In this document: piece by piece, positions 39,818 to 52,988 of the stretch
How the letters are laid out: each line of letters starts with the position of its first letter
Position numbering within the stretch: position 1 is the first letter of the stretch
Assembly (NCBI GenBank): GCA_030390025.1
Contig: CM059433.1
Location: forward strand, 30,258,001-30,322,000
From: Squalus acanthias
Lineage: Eukaryota
Length of the DNA stretch: 64,000 bases
Direction: 5' to 3'
Notes under the pieces: model-generated
The model's database searches: none
Told to the model about the DNA's origin: nothing
What the model saw: only the letters and a program-made list of their open reading frames with translations
Program-made: the position numbers and the translations under genes

Positions 39818-42100
39818 CTTAAAACAAACACAGTTTTTTTTTACATTTCTGGATGAAACGATCCCCTTGAGACCTTTAACAGTTCCTTGTCCTGCCCGAT
39901 TTTTCAACAGGCAGGAAACCTAGCGCGCGCATTAGAACTCCCAGAATGGCCACCTTTGACCTTGCAAAGGGATAGATCATTCTCTCAGGTGTCTTGACGC
40001 ATTATTTTGTAGACTATTTCCTCAGCAATAAATGAAGCTGGAATAACGTTTGGAAGGATTGCAATCTCAAAAGCTACTTGTTAACTGAAGTCACCAGGGG
40101 CTGGAAAGAAAACAATAAACACACCACTAACAAACTCACCATTGCAATGGCTTGTGTTTTTTTTTTCCTTGAGCTTCCTATTTTCAAGGTACTCCTGTGG
40201 TAAACCCTGACTTTTAGCATCCTTTTGGGTATCGTCAATTTAATTCATACCCGTATCTGTCAAGTACTACGAAGTTTGTGGAATGTTCCAGATTCCTGGT
40301 GGGAATTTTACATTGCAGCACACTGCCACTGAATGTTCCACATTACCTCCGACCTCATCCAATTAAAAAAAAAACATACCAACCTTTCTTTCTAAAATAA
40401 TGAGCCAGCTTTCTGAAAGAGCTGTCCAACTAGTTCCACTCCCCCGCTCTTTCTCCATAACCCTGCAATTTTCTCCCTTTCAAGTTTTTATTCAATTCCC
40501 TTTTGAAAGTTATTATTGAACCTGCTTCCACCACCCTTTCAGGCAGTGCATTCCAGATTATAACAACTCGCTGCGTTAAAACATTTTTCTTCATCCCCCG
40601 CCCCCCCTGGTTGTTTTGCCAATTATCTTAAATCTATATCCTTTGGTTATCGACCCTCCTGCCAGTGGAAACAGTTTCTCCCTCTCTACTCTATCAAAAC
40701 CCTTCATCATTTTGAACACCTCCAGAGACTTTGCACAAAAATCTAGGCTGATGCGACAGTGCAGTACTGAGGGAGTGCTGTGTTGTCGGAGGTGCCGTCT
40801 TTCGGATGAGACGTTAAAACGAGGCCCCGTATTTCGAAGAAGAGCAGGGGTATCCTGGCCAATATTTATCCCTCAATCAACATCACTACGAAAAAAGATT
40901 ATCTGGTTATTATCACATTGCTGTTTGCTGTGCGCAAATTGGCTGCCGCGTTTCTACATTACAACAGTGACTACACTTCAAAAGTACTTCATTGGCTGTA
41001 AAGCGCTTTGGGACGCCCTGAGGTCATGAAAGGTGCTATATAAATGCAAGTCTTTCTTTCTTTATTAAATCTCCCAATTAACCTTCTCTGCTCTAAGGAG
41101 AACAACCCCAGCTTCTCTAGTCCCTCCACATAATTGAAGTCACTCATCCCTGGTACCATTCCGTAAATTTCATCTGTACCGTCTCCAAGAACTTGACATC
41201 TTCCTAAAGTGTGGTGCCCAGAATTGGATGCAATATTCCAGTTGAGGCCTAACTAGTGATTTATAAAGATTTAGCATAACTTGATTGGTTCAGTTACAAA
41301 CTAAAAAATGTAGGCTATGCTTGTTCTTTCTTCCAGACTGTCTGCAACTGTTTGACAAGGAACTCCAGCAGAAGCAAGGAAGCTTCATTTCATACATGCT
41401 CACTTCACAATGAATTTGGGTGTCACGGAAAAATGTGCGCTGATGTTCAATGTATTGTGCTGCATGTTGGACCATTAACCCTTAGACCGCTAGCAGGTCC
41501 AAGGTAATTTCACCCTCCTGCACTGGACAGTTTTGTATTACTGTGATTTGAGCCCAACCTAATAACATTAAACACCTCAAAATAATTGCAACACCTAAAA
41601 TAAATTTTGAACACAATTCTGCTTACCCTAATTTCCATTCTTCTATTATCAGTCCTTCCCTATTTTTTTCTACTCTACTTTTATTATTTTAACAATCTTT
41701 TCAACCAAAAAAACTAATAACATCTATTCTAATTTTGTTTTCAAAAAGTAGCTTTAAATACATTTTTCTTACCTTATTTTCTGTGCCACTCAGATCCTAC
41801 TGTCCATTTTAGAGGTGGGCCACACACAAGTAAAGTTGCCTCTGATTGGCTCTAAGCTACTTCCAAAGACTGTTCTTTCACTCAATAGCAGGGCAAAATC
41901 TGTAAATAATCACTTAGTTGCCTCACAGGCCTGAGCAAGTAGAACCTTTCTGTGTGTTGAACCATCAAATAGAGACCCACTGTTTCAAACACACTGAATG
42001 AGATGATTCTGCATTTGGGTGTATGAAGGGTGAAAGGGTTGCTAGGCACTCTCTGGGCCTCTGACACTGGCTTACTCCTCACTCCCCACTTCATCTGTTC

Positions 42101-42348
42101 TAGGATTGCCAACTCTGGTTGAACGTATTCCTGGAGGTTTCATCACATGACCTCCCACCTCCAACCATCCCACTTGGTCAAACAGCATTTTATTCCCCAT
42201 CTCCAAATTGTTTTGTGACTAATAAACAAAAAGTGTTCCAAGGAAATGTTGATGTTCCTATTCTCCCGGGTTGCTCACAGCTGTGTTCAAGGGATTAATC
42301 CTTGATTCCTGGAGACTCCAGGACAATCCTGGAGTGTTGGTGACCCTA
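42101..42348. mobile_element. hAT-type MITE, same family, internally deleted
   Basis: Degenerate TIRs; TSD ATCTGTTC / GTCTGTTC (7 of 8). Confidence 0.8.
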
Positions 42349-42471
42349 GTCTGTTCCAACACTGTTGCCTGCCCTCTGGAATTCCCTCCCTCAAGCCCTC
42401 TGCCTTATTGCCTTTCTCCCTGCGTTCAAAAACCTTCTTATTGTGTTTTTGCCCTTCTCTCCAAACCCTTT

Positions 42472-43214
42472 GGGGGAAAAATTAGGTCGCGCCCCGTTTG
42501 GGGCGCAAATATCGTCTGGACGCAAATATTAGCGCCTGGCGCTAATTATCGCCACTGACTGGAAACTTCACTTTTACCGCCCCGGGAGGTGAGTGGAGCG
42601 CTAAATCAGGCACTGCACACCTGTCTTAAGGCGCAAAGGCCGAGCAGTGAGGCGCTAACTCAACGCGCGAGCGCAGCACAGCTGCTGCCAGTTAGCGAGG
42701 GACCACAGACACACTGGCGCCGGCCAGTTCTTAAAGCGGGGGGGGGGCCAACTGTTAGGATCAGTAGGCAAAACTACCTCACAAAGCGTTGACTCAATGC
42801 AGAAGTCTCTCTTTCTCTCTCTCCGAATCTCTCTCTCTCTCTCAGAACGAGTGGTGCAAAAATGTCAACCACAGAAAAAGACAGGAAGAGGCCCCCTTTA
42901 AATAGCGCCCCCCCCCAGCCCCACAGCGATTGATAGCGTTCCAGTCTTCCGGTCGTTGGATGCGCCAGGCGGTAAGGCAGGGGGCGCCACTCAATTTCCA
43001 CTCCGGGGCGCCACAAGGGCGTTGCACCATGGAATGACGTCACAATCTGCGCGCGCAGGTGGTCGCGGCGGTAGTGTTTAGCGCCGCCGCACAATGTCTA
43101 GTTAAGTTCCCGAGCGGCGCAAACATCGCTGCGCCCGGGCGCTAGCGGCTTTGCGGCCCATTAGCGCCCTCTTAAGGCGCTAACGGGAGGCGCAACCAAC
43201 TGAATTTTTACCCC
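42472..43214 (+). mobile_element. Harbinger-like MITE related to 10317-13135
   Basis: TIRs GGGGGAAAAATT / AATTTTTACCCC, TTT on both flanks, both arms similar to the ends of the 2.8-kb element. Confidence 0.82.
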
Positions 43215-43279
43215 TTTGTCTCTGCTGCTCAGTATCTACTCTTTCTCCAACTCTCTGTAAAGTCTCTTTGTACATGACA

Positions 43280-43925
43280 GCAGCCTGTCTCCACCCTGCC
43301 TCAACTCATCTGCTGCTGAAACCCTCATTCATGCCTTTGTTACCTCGAGACCTGACTATTCCAATGCCCTCCTGGCTGGCCTCCCATCTTCCACCCTCCA
43401 TAAACATAAGCTCATCCAAAACTCTGCAGCCTGTGTCCTAACTCGCACCAAGTCCCTTTCACCCATCACCCCTGTGCTCGCTGACCTACATTGGCTCCCG
43501 GTCCAGCAACGCCTCAATTTCAAAATTCTCAACCTTTACTTCAAATCCCTCCATGGCCCTCGCCCCTCCTAGCTCTGTAACCTGCTCCAGCCCCACAACC
43601 CTCCAAGATATCTGCGCTCCTCCAATTCTGGCCTCTTGAGTATCCCCGATTTTAATCGCTCCACCATTGGTGGTCGTGCTTTCTGCTGCCTAGGCCCTAA
43701 GCTCTGGAATTCCCTCCCTAAAACTCTCCACCTCTCTACCTCTCTCTCATCCTTTAGAATGCTCCTTAAAACCTATTTCTTTGACCAAGCTTTTGCTCAT
43801 CTGTCCTGATATCTCCTGCTGTGGCTCGGTGTCAAATTTTGATTGATAAACGCTCTTGTGAAGCGCCTTGGAATGTTTTACTACATTAAAGTTGCTATAT
43901 AAATGCAAGTTGTTATTGTTGTTGT
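43280..43925 (+). mobile_element. L2-like LINE 3' end (others at about 28682-29150 minus, 13975-14272, 10085-10260)
   Basis: LIHAFVTSRPDYSNALL and HITPVLADLHWLPV motifs; tail tataaatgcaagttgtt. Confidence 0.82.
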
Positions 43926-44585
43926 CACTGATTACAGTAGCTCTGAGATCGTGATATGGGTTGACTTTTTCCCCACTCTTTTCTTCTCCCTCCCCTAAGT
44001 GGTGCAGGTGTCATCGGTAGCCCAACTTATGGTGATTTGTCGAACCATCCTGGCTGACACCTACCATAACACCCACTACAAAACACACTATGAGAAATAG
44101 AAAACAGTTGCCCATTTGAACTCTACAATAATTAAGAAAGAAGAAGAAGAAAGACTTGCATTTATATAGCACCTTTCACAAACTCAGGACGTCCCAAAGC
44201 GCTTTACAGCCAATGAAGTAGTTTTGAAGTGTAGTCACTGCTGTAATGCAGGAAAGGGACACCAGGAAGCTACTTAAGAACAGTGGCCTCTCCTTTAGTC
44301 CTTCACCTGAACCACTTCACCCACCACAACCTTCTCAGGGCTGAGACCTAGTCAGTGTTGTCCACATTCTGAGAACAAATAAAGCATGTTGCGGGTAAAG
44401 ACATCACTTGGACCACTTGACTAAATCACAACCTTGCAATCACTCCTGGATATCCACTCTTCTCTATTTAAGCTAAGGTATGGATTCTGAAAGATAAATT
44501 CTATTTATTTGAAGATGTATATGAACTGCTCTCCTCCATCCCCCTGCCTCCACCCCCCCACCCACCCCCGCCAACCCTTACCAAC

Positions 44586-44752
44586 CTTCAGCCATCCAGT
44601 CTTGAGGAACCTTCCTAAATGGACGACGTGTATGTTGAGGAGCCGATCCAGAGGCTCACTGACTATCACAGTGGTGCCAGAACCTAAATTAAAGCTGTAA
44701 ACTAAGCTTCCATTTCGCAGGCCCAGCACAAGGAAATCATCTCCGTTCAACC
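44586..44752 (-). CDS. EYS: EYS exon (167 bp, LamG), the most 5' exon in the window
   Basis: (CT)n pyrimidine tract with ccag acceptor; encodes GLNGDDFLVLGLRNGSLVYSFNLGSGTTVIVSEPLDRLLNIHVVHLGRFLKTGWLK; donor gttggt gives the required phase 0. The six exons sum to 2021 nt = 2 + 673 codons. Confidence 0.93.
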
Positions 44753-45589
44753 CTGGAGAGAGAGAGAGAGAGAGAGAGTGAGAGAGAGACAACAAGAGTT
44801 AGCACGTGCTTCAAAACATCACAAATCTGAAGACTAATGAGGGGCAAAAGATATGTTGTTTGTGCAAATGAAATCGAGAGTTTTCTCCGGAACAAGAACA
44901 AAAAGTGAGCCACAAGCAGAAAAGGGAAGCTGGGTCACCTTGGTCCAAATGATCTCATCCTGCTTTCCTTCCCGCTGTAAAAGTATTTGGCTGGGTGAGG
45001 AATATGTGGGGCCCACATGTTCATTGTGTATTGGTATTGTTCAGTGCATATTGGGCGGAAAGCTTGGAGCTCGTTTGTATAAATTAGTTTTAGAGCACTG
45101 CCAAATCAATTGAAATTAAACACCAAAGATAAAATATCAACGGGACTAATGTTACAGGTGATTAGAAAATTATTCCTTTCACTGAGATTTGCATCAAGCA
45201 CAAATTCTCTTTTCGGTGAGTTGTAAGGATCCCTCTTGAAAGGGCCCTGGGCATTCTGAGCATATACCTCATGGATCATAAACCAAAGCACTTTATCCTT
45301 ATTGTGTCAGCTGTGGCTCAGTTGGTAGCACGCTCGCCTCTGAACTTAAAAGGTTGTGGGTTCAAGTCCCACTCCAGAGACTTGATCACATAATTAGGCT
45401 GACACTCCAGTGCCAGTACTGAGGGAGTGCTGCTCAGTCGGAGGTGCTGTCTTTCAGATGAGATGTTAAAACGATGCCCTCTCTTCCCTCTCATGTGGAT
45501 GCAAAAGATTCCATGCTGCTATTGCAAAGAAGAGCAGTGAAGTTTTCACTGGTGCTCTGGTCAACATTCTGGTACTCTCTACCTAACAA

Positions 45590-47482
45590 TGGTGTGTTTG
45601 TGGGAGCACCATCATCACGTGGATTTGAAAGGTTCAAGGAGATGGTCCACCGCCACCTTTTTTTTATTCGTTCCTGGGATGTGGGCATCCGTGGCAAGGC
45701 CAGCAGTTATTGTCCATCCTTAATTGTCCTTGAGAAGGTGGTGGTGAGCTGCTTTCTTGAACTGCAGCAGTCAGTGTGGTGAAGGTACTCCCATAGTGCT
45801 GTTACGGAGGGAGTTCCAGGACTTTGACCCAACGACGATGAAGGAACGGCGATATATTTCCAAGTCAGGATGGTGTGTGACCAGGAGGGGAACTTGGAGT
45901 TGATGGTGTTCCCATGCGCCTGCTGCTCTTGTACTTCTAGGTGGTAGAGGTCGCAGGTTTGGGAGTTGCTGTCAAAGAAGCCTTGACGAGTTGCTGCAGT
46001 GCATCTTGTAGATGGTACACACTGCAGCCACGGTGTGCCCGTGGTGGAGGGAGTGAATGTTTAAGGTGGTGTATGGGGTACCAATCAAGCGGGCTGCTTT
46101 GTCCTGGATGGTGTCGAGCTTCTTGAGTGTTGTTGGAGCTGCACTCATCCAGGCAAGTGGAGAGTATTCCATTGCACTTCTGACTCGTGCCTTGTAGATG
46201 GTGGAAAGGATTTGGGGAGTCAGAAGGTGAGACACTCGGCGCAGAATACCCAGTCTCTGACCTGCTCTTGTAGCCACAGTATTTATGTGGCTTGTCCAGT
46301 TAAGTTTCTGGTCAATGGTGCCCCCCAGGATATTGATGGTGGGGGATTTGGCGATGTTAATGCCATTGAATGTCAAGAGGCGGTGGTTAGACTCTCTCTT
46401 GTTGGAGATAGTCATTGCCTGGCTCTTGTGTGGAGCGATTGTTACTTACCACTTTTCAGCCCAAGCCTGAATATCGTCCAGGTCTTGCTGCATGCGGTCA
46501 TGGACTGCTTCATTATTTGAGGAGTTGCGACTGGAACTGAACACTGTGCAATCATCAGCGAACATCCCCATTTCTGACCTTATGATAGAGGGAAGGTCAT
46601 TGATGAGCAGCTGAAGATGGTTGGGCCTAGAACACTGCCCTGAGGAACTCCTGCAGCCATGTCCTGGGGCGGAGATGATTGGCCTCCAACAGCCACAACC
46701 ATCTTCCTTCATTCTAGGTATGTCTCCAGCCAGTGGAGAGATTTCCCCCCGATTCCCATTGACTTCCATTATACTAGGGCTCCTTGATGCCACACTCAGT
46801 CAAATGCTGCCTTGATGTCAAGGGCAGTCATTCTCACCTCACCTCTGGAATTCAGCTCTTTTGTCCATATTTGGACCAAGGCTGTAATGAGGTCTGGAGC
46901 TGTGTGGTCCTGGCAGAACCCAAACTTAGCATCAGTGAGCAGGTTATTGGTGAGTAAGTGCCGCTTGATAGCACTGTCGATGACACCTTCCATCACTTTG
47001 CTGATAATTGAAAGTAGACTGATGGGGTGGTACTTGGCCGGATTGGATTTGTCCTGCTTTTTGTGGACATGACATACCTGGGCAATTTTCCACATTGTCA
47101 GATAGATGCCAGTGTTGCAGCTGTACTGGAACAGCTTGGCTCGATGTGCAGCTCATTCTGGAGCTCAAGTCTTCAGCCCGACAGCCGGGATGTTGTCGGG
47201 GCCCATAGCCTTTGCTGTATCCAGTACGCTCAGTCGTTTCTTGATATCACATGGAGTGGATTGAATTGGCTGAAGACTGGCTTCTGTGATGGTGGGGACC
47301 TCAGGAGGAGGCTGAGATGGATCATCCGCTTGGCACTTTTGGCTGAAAATGGCTGCAAATGCTTTAGCCTTGTCTTTTACACTCAAGTGCTGGGCTCCAC
47401 CATCATTGAGGATGGGGATGTTCATGGAGCCTCCTCCTCCTGTTAGTTGTTTAATTGTCCACCACCATTCACGACTGGATGT
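45590..47482 (-). mobile_element. Degenerate CR1-group LINE ORF2 fragment, same family as 22385-23838
   Basis: YHPISLLSIISKVME, ALDIKAAFD, MFADDC and YKARVRSAMEYSPLAW in shifting frames. Confidence 0.9.
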
Positions 47483-49034
47483 AACTTCTCAGAGAAACAA
47501 GATGCTGGTATGCTAGTCCCTCCCATATCTCGAGAACAAATGAAAAGAAAACAGATGAAGAAGATCTTATTTTTAATTATTGAGATACATTTTTTTTTAA
47601 AGTAATTGTACTTAAAAACCCTATCATTTTGGCCATGTGTGAGGCAGAGATTGGCAGTGCAGATACTGTTGACATGCAATGTTTATGGAGCCTTGCTTTT
47701 AACAAAGGCTTTATGCCAATGTTAACAAAACACTTTGAAGGCATTTCCAAGGGAATTGGGACTCTTCCAACATTCACATCTGTGGTTGGTTGCCTTCCTC
47801 AGGAGATTGGGTAGGTTGCGCAGAGTCCAAGAGGGGATAATTGCACTTGGTCCACGGAAGGAGTGGGCTTGATGGGCTGAATGGCTTCTTTGTACAGTTG
47901 TATAATTTCTTGTGTAAAGCTCTAAAAACAAGACATGCAATGAAGGGAACACCCACATCTTTGTAACCAAGGTAACTGATCAATCAGGTGTATCACAGCG
48001 AGCGCCAAATGCCATCAAGCTACCTCCGCACAGTGCTTGCACGTCATCCAGTTTCCAACCTTTAATGTTTGTGCAATTTAACACTGACAAACATGAACCC
48101 ACTAGCTGACTGCCTCACTTCACACCAGCTGCTGGAACACACACTGAGTCACTGCCAGCCTTGATGTTTTTTTATATACATGGTTTCAAAAAGAAAGAAA
48201 AAAGAAAGACTTGAATTTATGTAGCACCTTTTATGACTTCAGGACGTCCTAAAGCGCTTTACTGCCAATGAGGTAAATAGTAGTCACTGTTGTAATGTAG
48301 GAAACGCGGCAGCCAATTGCACACAGCAAGCTCCCATGAACAGCAAGATAATAATGTCCAGATAAGCTGTTTTAGTGATGTTAGTTGAGGGATAAGCATT
48401 GGTCAGGCCACCAGGGAGAACTGCCCTGAGCGTCTTCCAATAATGCCATAGGAGCTTATATATCCACCTGAGAGGGCAGATAGATGGGGCCTCGGTTTAA
48501 CATCTCATCCGAAAGAAGTGTCAGCCTAGATTTTCTATTCAAGTCTCTGGAGTGGGACTTGAATGCAAAACCTTCTGACTCTGAGCCGAGAGTGCTACCG
48601 ACTGAGCCATGGCTGACACTGTTCATAAAGTCACGAATACAAAAATCAATACTGTATCTCTGAATCAAAGTGCGCAGCGTGCAGAACAGGGATACATTTA
48701 AAAGTCGAAACAATCAATGTTCCTTTAACCATGACCAAGGTAATCAGTCAGTGTCTGACCTGCCTGCGATGCAGTGGGACACAACCAGCTTGTTTATAAA
48801 GAGTGAAGTCATCTGCGTGCAGTCACCACAACAAACCTTTGCATAGTTGCAAATTATCTCCTGTATGCTGGGAATTGATAGTAAACAGACCTGGGCATGT
48901 AGCCACTGCAACAAACAAATCACCTAGCAACTGAGGAACCCAACAGTGCCAAACCCAAGCAATGATGTACCAACAGCAGACTAACGTTCGAGATTCTTAG
49001 ACTGGCATTCTACCAATCTTGCTCTGTTGGGCTC

Positions 49035-51810
49035 TGTTACAGTGTGCCATGTGTTACAGGATCCCATGAGTTAGCGAACCCATGTGTTACAGGATCCCAT
49101 GAGTTAGAGAACCCATGTGTTACAGGATCCCATGAGTTAGAGAACCCATGTGTTACAGGATCCCATGAGTTAGAGAACCCATGTGTTACAGGATCCCATG
49201 AGTTAGAGAACCCATGTGTTACAGGATCCCATGAGTTAGAGAACCCATGTGTTACAGGATCCCATGTGTTACAGGATCCCATGAGTTAGAGAACCCATGT
49301 GTTACAGGATCCCATGTGTTACAGGATCCCATGTGTTACAGGATCCCATGTGTTAGAGTATCCCATGTGTTACAGGATCCCATGTGTTACAGGATCCCAT
49401 GAGTTAGAGAACCCATGTGTTACAGGATCCCATGTGTTACAGGATCCCATGTGTTACAGGATCCCATGTGTTAGAGTATCCCATGTGTTACAGGATCCCA
49501 TGTGTTACAGTATCCCATGTGTTACAGGATCCCATGTGTTACAGGATCCCATGTGTTACAGGATCCCATGTGTTAGAGTATCCCATGTCTAAAAGTATCC
49601 CATGTGTTACAGGATCCCATGTGTTACATTATCCCATGTGTTACATTATCCCATGTGTTACAGGATCCCATGTGTTACAGTATTCCATGTGTTAGAGTAT
49701 CCCATGTGTTACAGTATCCCACGTGTTAGAGTATCCCATGTGTTACAGTATCCCATGTGTTACAGGACCCCATGTGTTACAGTATCCCATGTGTTACAGG
49801 ATCCCATGTGTTACAGAATCCCATGTGTTACAGTATCCCATGTGTTACAGTATCCCACGTGTTAGAGTATCCCATGTGTTACAGTATCCCATGTGTTACA
49901 GGACCCCATGTGTTACAGTATCCCACGTGTTAGAGTATCCCATGTGTTACAGTATCCCATGTGTTACAGTATCCCACGTGTTACAGTATCCCACGTGTTA
50001 GAGTATCCCACGTGTTAGAGTATATCATGTGTTACAGTATCCCATGTGTTACAGTATCCCATGTGTTACAGTATCCCACGTGTTACAGGATCCCATGTGT
50101 TACATTATCCCATGTGTTACATTATCCCATGTGTTAGAGTATCCCACGTGTTACAGTATCCCACGTGTTACAGTATCCCACGTGTTAGAGTATCCCACGT
50201 GTTAGAGTATCCCACGTGTTAGAGTATCCCACGTGTTACAGTATTCCATGTGTTACAGTATCCCACGTGTTACAGGATCCCATGTGTTACAGTATCCCAT
50301 GTGTTACAGTATCCCACGTGTTACAGGATCCCATGTGTTACAGTATTCCATGTGTTACATTATCCCATGTGTTACAGGATCCCATGTGTTACATTATCCC
50401 ATGTGTTACATTATCCCATGTGTTACAGGATCCCATGTGTTAGAGTATCCCACGTGTTACAGTATCCCATGTGTTACAGTATCCCACGTGTTAGAGTATC
50501 CCACGTTTTAGAGTATCCCACGTGTTACAGTATCCCACATGTTAGAGTATCCCACGTTTTAGAGTATCCCACGTGTTAGAGTATCCCACGTGTTAGAGTA
50601 TCCCACGTGTTAGAGTATCCCACGTGTTACAGTATCCCACGTGTTACAGTATCCCATGTGTTACAGTATCCCACGTGTTAGAGTATCCCACGTGTTAGAG
50701 TATCCCACGTGTTACAGTATCCCACGTGTTACAGTATCCCACGTGTTACAGTATCCCATGTGTTACAGTATCCCACGTGTTAGAGTATCCCATGTGTTAC
50801 AGTATTCCATGTGTTACAGTATCCCATGTGTTACAGGATCCCATGTGTTACAGTATCCCATGTGTTACAGTATTCCATGTGTTACAGGATCCCATGTGTT
50901 ACAGGATCCCATGTGTTACAGTATCCCACGTGTTAGAGTATCCCACGTGTTAGAGTATCCCATGTGTTACAGGATCCCATGTGTTACAGTATTCCATGTG
51001 TTAGAGTATCCCACGTGTTAGAGTATCCCATGTGTTACAGTATCACATGTGTTACAGTATCCCACGTGTTAGAGTATCCCACGTGTTAGAGTATCCCATG
51101 TGTTACAGTATCACATGTGTTACAGTATCCCATGTGTTACAGTATTCCATGTGTTACAGGATCCCATGTGTTACAGGATCCCATGTGTTACAGTATCCCA
51201 CGTGTTAGAGTATCCCATGTGTTACAGTATCACATGTGTTACAGTATCCCATGTGTTACAGTATCCCACGTGTTAGAGTATCCCATGTGTTACAGTATCC
51301 CATGTGTTACAGGATCCCATGTGTTACAGTATCCCATGTGTTACAGTATCCCATGTGTTACAGGATCCCATGTGTTAGAGTATCCCATGTGTTACAGTAT
51401 CCCATGTGTTAGAGTATCCCATGTGTTACAGTATTCCATGTGTTAGAGTATCTCATGTGTTACAGTATCCCATGTGTTAGAGTATCCCATGTGTTACAGT
51501 ATCCCACGTGTTAGAGTATGCCATGTGTTACAGTATCCCATGTGTTAGAGTATCCCATGTGTTACAGTATTCCATGTGTTACAGTATCCCATGTGTTACA
51601 GTATCCCATGTGTTAGACTATGCCATGTGTTAGACTATGCCATGTGTTAGACTATGCCATGTGTTACAGTATCACATGTGTTACAGTATCCCATGTGTTA
51701 CAGTATGCCATGTGTTACAGTATCACATGTGTTACAGTATCCCATGTGTTACAGTATCCCATGTGTTACAGTATCCCATGTGTTACAGTGTACCATGTGC
51801 TACAGTAGCA
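49035..51810. repeat. 17-bp satellite, about 160 copies
   Basis: Unit TGTTACAGTATCCCATG with GGAT, AGAG and CACG variants; begins as a 33-bp dimer. Confidence 0.97.
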
Positions 51811-52539
51811 TACTGTAGGAGATGTAACATATTCCAGCGGGTATGTCACAATAGGTTACAGCTTTGGTGTTGGGAGTTGACTAAGCCTGTAAGTGAGGGA
51901 GTGCTGGAAAAGAATGAGATGCAGTTAATGATTTCGCTTTCAAGGTGTGTAGTGTTCACTGCAATGCATTAGTTCAATGGGTAGCAATGAGTTTCTCTGC
52001 AACGTATCCAGTTTATGAATATATGAACAATGACAGACAGGAATAGGTCCTCTGGTCCATCCAGCATGTCCTATACATGTGTGATACCCACTGCACCCAA
52101 AACCGTCTCCTGGGAGAGGCAAAAAAATTGATTAATAAAATAGACCAATTTGAGGGATTAAAAAATCTGGAAAGTTTCCTTCCAAACCCACCCCTCCAAA
52201 CGATTGTAACTAGCCCAGGAGACCACACTGTCCATGATAATCCCTTGCAGTACCTACCTTTTGTACAAGGTGATCTTCGCCCCAGACAGAAACAAGTCCA
52301 GTACTTGCTTTTGTTTAAATAGTGTTGATCTTATAAAGACTGGCTATGAGAGGATTGTAGGGTTTCAGTTGGCATAAACTCCATCAGCACTTTTCCGAAG
52401 GCTTTACAACATTCTGTATTTTCTTTCCTGGGTTTACTTAATTTTGAATTAATAGAATTTTGCCGACATCTATTAATTAAGTTTATTTACCCAAGTAAGT
52501 CATGGTACAAGTCTGGTTACCTGGCATGTAAAAAAAAAG

Positions 52540-52988
52540 GAAAGACTTGCATTTATATAGCGCCTTTTGCAACCTCAAGACGTCCCAAAGTGCTTTACAG
52601 CCAGTGAAGTACTTTTGAGGTGTAGTCACTGTTGTAATGTAAGAAACCGCAGCAGCCATTTGCGCACAGCAAGCTCCCAAAAAGAGCAATGTGATATTGA
52701 CCAGACAATCTGTTTTTCAGTGATGTTGGTTGAGGGATAAATATTGGCCAGGATAACACCAGGGAGAACTCCCCTGCTCTTCTTCGAATAGTGCCGTGGG
52801 ATCTTTTACATCCAGCTGAGAGAGCAGATGGGGCCTCAGTTTAACGTCTCATCCGAAAGACGGCACCTCTGATAGTGCACCATTGGAGTATCAGCCTAGA
52901 TTACGTGCTCAAGTCTCTGGAGCGGGTCTTGAACCCACGACCATCTGACTCAGAACCGAGAGTGCTCCCGACTGAGCCACAGCTGACA
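52540..52988 (-). mobile_element. tRNA-derived Deu-domain SINE, near full length
   Basis: Same head, core and tail as 24672-25130. Confidence 0.82.

Noticed and set aside
49037..51972. Cys/Tyr-rich repeat ORFs
   Set aside because: Translations of the 17-bp satellite.
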